This document shows, piece by piece, positions 54,901 to 64,000 of a stretch of 64,000 nt of DNA. The notes under the pieces are model-generated. The model saw only the letters and a list, made by a program, of their open reading frames with translations, was not told the origin of the DNA and ran no database searches. The translations under genes and the position numbers were made by a program. Origin of the DNA: Eledone cirrhosa (Eukaryota); contig CAXHJY010000437.1 of NCBI GenBank assembly GCA_964016885.1, positions 124,001 through 188,000 of the forward strand, written 5' to 3'. Position 1 is the first letter of the stretch, and the number at the start of each line of letters is the position of its first letter.

Positions 54901-55436
54901 CAAATATATATTGTATGTGTTTGAGTGTGTGTGTACATAACTATATTTATTCATAAAAATCCAATAGACATTACACTAACCATTAAATTGTCTTAACAAT
55001 TCTGCTAACTATAAAAATAATTTTTTTTAGAACAAATTTCTAAATATGAAATAAGAGAAAAAATATTTTATGTTCCTTGTGCTTTGTATGTTAGATTAAT
55101 AGCTGAGAATTACTTCTCTATATTTTCTAGGGTGACTTATTTATATGGTAATGTATGTCTATATGGTAATATGCTCATCATCATAATCATCATTGACATT
55201 GTTTGTCTCCTCCATGATGGCATATATTCAACATGTTTTGAGAAAGAATTCTGACCAGATGCCCTTCCTGATCCTGAGGCCAATACATACATACATACAC
55301 ACACATACATATATATAAATATATGTGTGAGTGTGTGTAGTTGTGTGTATGTGTGTTTACAAAGATATATAAACACACACACACACACACTCACATTTGC
55401 ACACACACATGCATATATATTTATATATTATATATG

Positions 55437-55658
55437 TCCACACTGTAAAGTGGTCGTGTAGGTGTCACAACAAAAAGCCCCCAGTACTCACTGTAAATGT
55501 AGTTGGCATTAGGAAGGGCATCCAGCTGTAGAAACCAAGTCAAAATAGGTTCTGTATGAGCATGATATGGTCACCTGACTTGGCATTGCTCACAACAGGA
55601 TAACTCCTCTAACCCATGCTAGCATGGAAAAATGGACGTTAAAACGGTGATGATGATG
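55437..55658 (+). mobile_element. RTE subfamily B 3'UTR fragment
   Basis: Reverse-complement homology to 54285-54500. Confidence 0.8.
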
Positions 55659-56198
55659 TTATGTATATATAATCCTTGCAAGCATAGAAAATAGGCGTTA
55701 AACAGTGAAGATATGATGATATATATGTGGGTATGTATTTGTGTGTGTGTGTGTGTGTGTGCATTTATGTCTTTAAGTGTTTCGGCAGTATATATTGGTG
55801 AAAGATGTGAACGTCAGTAAGAAAATCAATAAACCAGTGCTTATGGACAAAGTTCTTTAGGGTATTTTTACCACCTGATTTGCAGAGACAATTCCTAACC
55901 CGCCCCCCCCCCCCCCCCTCATTATATATACAGTGATGCAGTTAATGGACTGCTGAACACCTTTAACCAACAATGCTATATAAAATAAAAATAAAAAAAA
56001 ACATAAATATAGATTTTTATAGAGGTTTATAAAGACAACAGGATGGATACCTCATTTTATATGGTAGCAGACATTATTTGCTGTTATATAATTATATAAG
56101 ATGTTACTCAGCATGAAACAAACTCCTAGTTTATGTGTTTACCATCCACACAACTGTAATTAATTTCTCATACACAACTTTTCTCTCTCTTTTTATAG

Positions 56199-56251
56199 GT
56201 AAGCTATACATTTACTGCCTTCTTTCAAGAATGTGAATGTTTTTCAGAGTG
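56199..56251 (+). other. Candidate 53-nt host exon (VSYTFTAFFQECECFSE in the only open phase)
   Basis: Polypyrimidine tract + TTTATAG acceptor; GTG|GTAAGT donor; lies in non-repetitive DNA; protein not recognised. Confidence 0.3.
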
Positions 56252-57350
56252 GTAAGTAAGGAAATATTTTCAGCCTAAGAAGCTTTGTTTAAATGTAAAG
56301 GTTTGTCTTTGTTAAAAACAATTTTCTGACTCCAGTCAATGAGAGAGAGCCTCTACATACTACCTTGACCTGCTAGAATTTGTGACCAAATTTCCATGTC
56401 ATTTATTACCATCTTTAAAACAGAATGTCTTTTATCATGCCACCCTGATCACTGCTGATCTGGTGTTAATTAGCAAACTGTGACTAAATATCACTTATGC
56501 TTTGTATTTTAGATAGATTTTATAATTCTTACTGTTTTTAGAATTATACCCCCCCCCCCCCCTTGTGCAGGGAAATTCAGGATGATACAGTGTGTGACAA
56601 GGCTAGGCCCTTGAATTACAGGTTCAGTCACTCCAACACACTTCCAAATATCTCTATCTAATTTCACTCAAGAGGTTTATATGAACCTGAGGTTGTGGCA
56701 AACATATAGGCCCACGATGTCACTCAACTACAATGTTTGATTGTAGCCTGAAACCTCATAAGCATAAAGCAAACTTCTCAACTATTCAGCCATGAACATT
56801 TTCAACACTTTTTTATTCATTTTATTACAGCAACAAAAAAATAGTGTGATAATTGACCATTTGCTCTGTGTCAGTGGGAAGAACTCTCTGGAGGCCCCAT
56901 TTTCTTTAGTTGTATAAACATGTTTCATCATCATCATCCTCACCATTTTACAATTATTTTCCACACTTAGGTTAGAGAGGTTGTCATATGCTGAGATTAA
57001 ACAGACATGTCAGATGACTGTGTTTTGCTCATAAGTTCCACTTTGATATGGTTCCTATGGTTGGATGCCCTTCCTAATGCTAGCCACTTTATAGCAAAAG
57101 AGGGTTTTCTTTCTTGTACTACCACTTGACAGAATGGACTGGGTATTTTTTATCATGGCACCAACACTTCCACCTTCCACTGTGGGCTGAGCACTGGACA
57201 CATTTTGTTGTGGCACCAGTGCTACTACATTTCAACACTAGCGAGCTAGTTTAGGCTGTGTGGAATGTAATAAAGAATGGTGAGGAAGTGAGAATGGAGT
57301 TTAGGCTGACAAGATGATTGGTGTGTACTTGCTTCTGATCATTAAAAATA

Positions 57351-59338
57351 CTAGCTGACGTACCTAGCTTTGCCCGGGTAAACAGATGATAAGAGAAGAC
57401 AGGTAAAAGAGAAAATGACTGTATTGGATGTTTGTCTGGTTACAGTATGAGGCGAGTCCGTGGTGTCTGTGTGATACAAAAAACAGTTAAAAAAATCTTC
57501 CAGATATACCAGATTTTTCGTTGTACCGTTTGTGCATAGTATATGAACAATTCTAGGTGCTCCCACCTAGAATAGTGACCTCTAGGAGATGGTTCATCTT
57601 CAGCCTGACTGTAAAATGTGTATCATTGCATAGACGTGGTTGTTCCACGTTTCTCAAAAGGATGATGGAAGTTCTAATCTTTTATATTATATGTAGCCTC
57701 TCTGTTTCTTACTCTCCCCTCTCACTCCCTCATTGGCATTATCATCATTTCATTTTACGTCCGCTTTTTCCCTGCTTGCAAGGGTGGGACGGGAACTGAT
57801 TCTGGCTTGATTTCTACAGCTGGATGCCCTTCCTAACACCAACCTCATTTACAGTGAGTGCTGGGTGCTTTTTTGCCGTGGCACCTCCACCACCACTTTG
57901 CAGTGGAATGATAGGGACCCCAGTCCCTATCATCTCATTTCTACAGCTGAGTAAACTGGAGCAATGTGAAATAAGTGTCTTGCTCAAGGAAACAACACAT
58001 CACCCGGTCTGAGAATTGAACTCACACCCTTTCGATTGCAAGGCCAATGCTCTAACCACTAAGCCATATGCATATTAATTTAAGTTTGGCGTCGTTGAGG
58101 ATGTTAAAGCTAATGAATTGTTAATTTGCCGTGAATATTTGCGCAGTAATCTACCTCGGTCTCCTTGATCACCCCACATACTTAGCATTTTAAACTCTGG
58201 TGACTCCTCATCATCCAGCATTCGCAAGGATTCTAGTTGAACTGCTCCTTTATGACAGCACATTGTGGTCCACGTCTTTTCATGCCTCCACAATGTGGAC
58301 ACTCTGCTTGTCCATCAATCTGAAAATGACATGGTTGCCATGATCCATTTTTAATATCATCTGTTCGCCTTCTAGCCTCTTTACTGGAATGAGGAGCACT
58401 TTGGCAACATATTCTCTGGACTTCTGTATTGCACTGGTGCTGTTCAGCCAGCTCCTCTTCATCCATCACAGCACGCCGTTGCTGCTGAATTCCGGCCATC
58501 TGCTGATGATGCTCAGCCAGTTCGTCTTCAACCATCGCAGCACGCCGGTGCTGCTTGGCTCCAGTGTTTCGTTTGCATTGTTTAGCCAGCTCCTCTTCAT
58601 TCATGGCAGCACATCTTCGCCTCTGAAGTTCAGCGTTCCGATGGCGCTGTTCGGCCCGTTTTTCTTCATTCTTGGCTGCACTCCATCGCCGCTGTAGTTC
58701 ACTGTTTGATAAAGTCGAATTGCTTTTATTATCAGTATTCATTTCGAGCAATTGTCAAAAAATGACACAATAATAAATATAAAAGATGTCCATCAATGTA
58801 AAAAAAGGTCCCTATTTACTCCCTTCATAACTCTGTGTATGTTAGACTGACAGACAGGCACACAGACAGATAAACTGCGTGGCGATTGTGGGACGCTGCA
58901 CGTACACACACATACACACATGGAAACACGCAAACGTGCGCAAACTTACACACGCACCCGTGCACTTACACACACACATGTTGATAGTTTTTACTTTCTG
59001 TGGAACGCTGCACGCACGCACGCACACACACATAAACATACGCGCACATACATACACACGCACACATGTTAATAGTTATTGCTTTCCTTACCCTCTTATT
59101 TCCACACACATCACACACACATGTCTCTACACTGACACATATACATAGTGTATCCAACACAGCGTTCACTTTGCCTCTCTGTTTCTTACTCTCCCCTCTC
59201 ACTCCTTCATTGGCATTATGCATATTAATTTAAGTTTGGCGTCGTTGAGGTGGGCAAAGTTGTTTGAAACCTATGAACCAATGATAATCGAGAATTATGA
59301 CACATGGAATACTGACATTGTTGAAATTAATATATAGA
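57351..59338 (-). mobile_element. Non-autonomous Helitron with both termini
   Basis: Minus strand A|TCTATATAT at 59338 and hairpin + CTAG|T at 57351-57354; ORF 58233-58751 with repeated EELAEQ..RRAAM units and CPHC finger as in Helitron N-termini. Confidence 0.82.
57742..58068 (-). mobile_element. SINE family A nested in the Helitron
   Basis: Reverse complement of 15362-15700. Confidence 0.92.
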
Positions 59339-59339
59339 T

Positions 59340-59730
59340 GTTTCTACTTTTGGCACAAGGCCAGCAATTATCCCAGTGCATTACTGGTAGTTTATTTTAT
59401 CAACCTCATAAGGATGAAAGGCAAAGTTAAACTCAGTGGGATTTGAAATCAGACCTTAAAGGGCCGTAACTCTATGCTGCAAAGTATGGCGTCCAACCCT
59501 CAACTGATACTGCTAATTCATTAATATAATAATTGTTTCTACTTTTGACACAAGGCCAGCAATTATCCCAGTGCATTACTGGTACTTTATTTTATCGACC
59601 CCCCCCCCCCCCATAAGGATGAAAGGCAAAGTTAACCTCGGTGGGATTTGTACTCAGAATGGCAAGGGCTGTAACAATATGCGTCAAAGCATGGCGTCTG
59701 ACCCTCTACTGTTACTGCCAATCCACTGAT
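59340..59730 (-). mobile_element. Two tandem SINE family B copies
   Basis: Match 7240-7635. Confidence 0.88.
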
Positions 59731-60272
59731 TGTCAAACATTTGACTCTATTTATTACAATAGTGTGCATGTGATAGATAAATATTTATTCTTCATTTAAA
59801 AAGAATAATTTTTCCTTTCTTTTATATTTGTTTCATACCTTGAATCTTATAAATGGTTGAAAAATACTATTTTCTGTGTTTTCTGCCATTGTGACATTTT
59901 GCATGTTATTCATTGAAGTAATGTTGATAGCAACTTTGCCTACTTGAAGAATATTCTGAGGAAATGTGTGAAGATATATAACTGCTTATCTTTCTTAATG
60001 TTTTCACGTTCTCACATATCTCTCTGTAATAAACTGGCTTCTGAGGAATATATAACTCTTATATTATAAATAGATTTCCCCATCAAGGTTTTGTTGGGGT
60101 TTTTCGCCTCTTGATATATTATTTGTTTTATTACTGTTCAGTTTGTACTTCTTTCTATGTATTCTATGTATTTCATGTTTTCTTTATTAACAATCTCGTA
60201 AAATTTTATGTATTCCCAAATAAAAACTCAAGTTCATACACATATTCTAACATACATTCACACATGCACATA

Positions 60273-60354
<82 letters not shown>

Positions 60355-60422
60355 CATATATATATATACGTATATATATACATACATATATATATATATA
60401 TATATATGTATGTATATATATA

Positions 60423-60455
<33 letters not shown>

Positions 60456-60458
60456 ATA

Positions 60459-60507
<49 letters not shown>

Positions 60508-60701
60508 GTATTTATTCATATGTGCATGTGTGAATATATGTTAGAATATGTGTATGATATACATATATATATACGTGTATATATATATATATATATATCG
60601 TTTAACGTCTATCTTCCATGCTAGCATGGGTTTAATATATATATACGTATATATATATGGGTTTAGTATATATATATATATATATATACATTTATATATC
60701 C

Positions 60702-61313
60702 TCATCATCATCATCACCGTTTTACGTCCGTTCTTCCACGCTAGCATGGGTTAGACGGGTTGTCCTGTTGTAGGCAGTGTCTGGTCGGCTGACCATGCCT
60801 TGCTCATACAGGAACTGATCTGGCTTGATTTCTACAGCTGGATGCCCTTCCTAACACCAACCTCATTTACAGTGAGTGCTGGGTGCTTTTTCGTGGCGCC
60901 TACACGTCCACTTTACAGTGTGGGCTGGGTGCTTTTTTGCCGTGGCACCTCCACGACCACCTCGCGGTGGGGGGAGTGGGGGCATATTGTTTATATGCTT
61001 CAGCATGTACCCATGGGAGGTCGGGTACCCTGTATTACTGCGTGACGCCAGAAGTCACGGTCTTGTGTCATTGTCTTTGAGAGGTGTAGTTGGGTAAGGT
61101 CGGCTTTTATCACCTCATCCCAAGTCATCTTGGGTCTCCCCACTCCACGGTATCCATCAACTTCTAGTGCTCTGCACCTTTTTATGCAGCTGTCATCCTT
61201 CATACGCATCACATGTCCATACCAGCGTAACCGCCTCTCCTGCACGCAGCATTTGATTCCTCTTATGCTTAGTCTCTCTCTCAATTCCTTTATGCTTTAT
61301 CGTTCACGTATAT
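60702..61313 (-). mobile_element. RTE LINE subfamily B 3' fragment
   Basis: ORF 61000-61284 (ERRLRWYGHVMRMKDDSC..GRPKMTW) with distinct 3'UTR and (CAT)n. Confidence 0.92.
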
Positions 61314-61315
61314 TC

Positions 61316-61371
<56 letters not shown>

Positions 61372-61529
61372 ATACTTGGGGAGGGTCATATTTGTGTAAT
61401 ATTGCCAGAATTAATAACAGAACACACTCACTCTTTGGTTGGTTTTCGCTTTTCGCTTCTGTGTCTTTTATATCGGTAATCTAATTTATTCGGTCCTCAA
61501 TGTTGCCATTGACTGACCAACGGTCAAAA

Positions 61530-62010
61530 ATAATACAGATACAATATAGACACCATGGGAAGGTGGATTGGGTGGACCAAAGCTATACGGACCCCCCAAA
61601 ATAATGATCAGGTAAGAAAAATGGTCGCACATGCAATAGGGGCTAGTATCAAAATTACCCTAAAGGGCCACATATTCAAGTTCAACGAGAAGATCTACAC
61701 CCAAAATGAGGGAGCAGCCATTGGCGTCAGCATAGCTGGTGATGTTGCCAACCTTTTTATGGTATGGTGGGAAAGAGACTTAAAGATCTCCTTAATGAGA
61801 GCTCCATAGACCTCATCATATACTCTCGTTACGTAGACGATATCAATATAGTTATAAGAACATCCCCACTAGAGAGCACTAACAAGTTTGATTTAGAACG
61901 TAGCACAATGGAAAGCATCCAGCAGATAGCTAATTCCATACACCAGAGTATAACTGTAACTATCGACTACCCTTCCAAACACCCTAACAATAGACTATCT
62001 GTATTAGATA
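61530..62010 (+). mobile_element. Penelope-like RT core fragment (frameshifted), preceded by an inverted pseudo-LTR-like segment 61368-61525
   Basis: [29 protein letters not shown]; YSRYVDDI; [15 protein letters not shown]. Confidence 0.85.
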
Positions 62011-62022
62011 CATATATAAATG

Positions 62023-62068
<46 letters not shown>

Positions 62069-62080
62069 CATATATAAATG

Positions 62081-62116
<36 letters not shown>

Positions 62117-62137
62117 CATATATAAATGTATATATAA

Positions 62138-62178
<41 letters not shown>

Positions 62179-62188
62179 TATATAAATG

Positions 62189-62220
<32 letters not shown>

Positions 62221-62238
62221 CATATATAAATGTATATA

Positions 62239-64000
62239 AAGTACCACAGACGCTCTTTTCATTGTACGACAACTACAGGAGAAGTACCTAGCTAAAAGTA
62301 AACCCCTATACTTAGCTTTCGTCGACTTGGAGAAAGCCTTCGACAGAGTCCCCCGTTCCATTATCTGGTGGTCTCTTAGAAAACTAGGTGTTGACGAATG
62401 GCTTGTGAGAGCTATACAAGCCATGTATAAAGAAACAGTCAGTAAGGTTAGAATTAACAACGAATATAGTGAAGAGTTTAGCGTAAAAGTTGGTGTCCAT
62501 CAGGGCTCTGTTCTTAGCCCCCTACTATTTATTATTGCCCTTCAGGCTATAACAGAGGAGTTCAAGACCGGCTGCCCATGGGAACTCCTATACGCAGATG
62601 ATCTAACGCTCATAGCTGAATCAATGACCGAACTAGAGAAGAAATTCCAAACATGGAAGCACGGCCTAGAATCAAAAGGCCTTAAAATTAACCTGGCTAA
62701 GACTAAAGTTCTAGTTTGTAGGAAAGAAAATAAGGCGGCAGTCCCATCTGGGAAATGGCCATGCTCAGTGTGTAGGAAAGGCGTAGGTAGAAACTCCATT
62801 TTATGTCCCAAATGCAAAAGATGTAGTGAGATCACAGGTAAGCTAACTAAGAACATAGATTTTACATGTGGCCGGTGCTCTGGTGCAATAAGTAGCAGCA
62901 AGTGCCCACAAATACTAGCTCCTTCAACTGCGCAGAGGGTTCTATAGAAATAGTGGACAGCTTCCGTTACCTGGGTGACAAAATCAGCAGTGGGGGAGGG
63001 TGCTCTGAAAGTACAGTAGCTAGAGTCAGAACTGGATGGAAAAAGTTCAGAGAGCTTATACCACTATTAGCCGCTAGAGGGTTCACCCTAAAAATGAAAG
63101 GCAGGTTATACGATGCCTGCATACGAACAGCAATGCTGCATGGCAGTGAGACCTGGGCATTGTGTGCAGAGGATATACGCAGACTAGAGAGGAACGAAGC
63201 TTGCATGCTCCGCTGGATGTGCAATAGTAATATACGTGAACGGCAAAGCATAAACGAACTAAGGAAAAAATTAGAAATAAGAGGGATCAGATGTTGTTTA
63301 CTCGAGAGAAGGCTACGTTGGTACGGTCACGTGATGCGCATGAAAGACGACAGCTGTATAACAAAGTGCAGGGCAATAAAGATAGACGGTAGCCACGGAG
63401 TAGGCAGACCCAGAAAAACATGGGACGAGCTGATAAATTCCGACCTCACACGCTTACACCTCTCCAAGACAATGTCACTGGACCGAGACCTTTGGCGGTA
63501 CTCAGTAATCGAGAAGACCCGCCTTACCTAAATACAAAGTAAAAACCTACTACACTCAGTAGGCATCTCTATCAAAACACCCCCCCCCGTCCCACCACCT
63601 CCACCCCATCCACACCGCCCCTTTCAATGTAAAGTTATGTTGGTCCCACAACATCCAGGCCGAAACAAATGAGATCATGTAGGTGTCACGACAAAAAAAC
63701 ACACAGTCCACGCTGTAAATGTGGCCGTGTAGGCAACACGGTAAAAACCTCCCAGCCCCACACTGTAAATGTGGTTGGTGTTAGGAAGGGCATCCAGCTG
63801 TAGAAAACCCGCCAGACAGTCCACGCTGTAATGTGGCCGTGTAGGCAACACGGTAAAAACCTCCCAGCCCCACACTGTAAATGTGGTTGGTGTTAGGAAG
63901 GGCATCCAGCTGTAGAAAACCCGCCAGACAGTCCACGCTGTAATGTGGCCGTGTAGGCAACACGGTAAAAACCTCCCAGCCCCACACTGTAAACGTGGTT
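62239..64000 (+). mobile_element. RTE LINE, 5'-truncated, 3'UTR tandem array running off the window end
   Basis: ORFs 62327-62947 and 62902-63531; 112/113-bp unit at 63703, 63816, 63928. Confidence 0.96.

Noticed and set aside
63703-64000. Regular repeat array resembling CRISPR
   Set aside because: Whole units are duplicated with no unique spacers; it is LINE 3'UTR

Overview
AT-rich, repeat-saturated animal (eukaryotic) DNA; the repeat families and (TA)n density suggest an octopus/cephalopod intron or intergenic region (inference). No intact host gene is supported; one weak 53-nt exon candidate. Contents: about 14 fragments of RTE-clade LINEs (several young, with a C4HC3 PHD-like finger inside the RT), two tRNA-head SINE families, two internally deleted Helitrons, at least three Penelope-like element (PLE) coding fragments, mariner/hAT/piggyBac-type and CR1-type remnants, and long compound (TA)n arrays that produce most of the ORF track (spurious). 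The most notable unexplained structure is a set of short non-coding inserts in (TA)n tracts that carry type I hammerhead ribozyme motifs with palindromic stem III. Several are fold-back (inverted pseudo-LTR) structures whose apex lies at or near the ribozyme, and several share a TACTC..GAGTA tail hairpin. A separate class of local inverted duplications is centred on or next to (TA)n.
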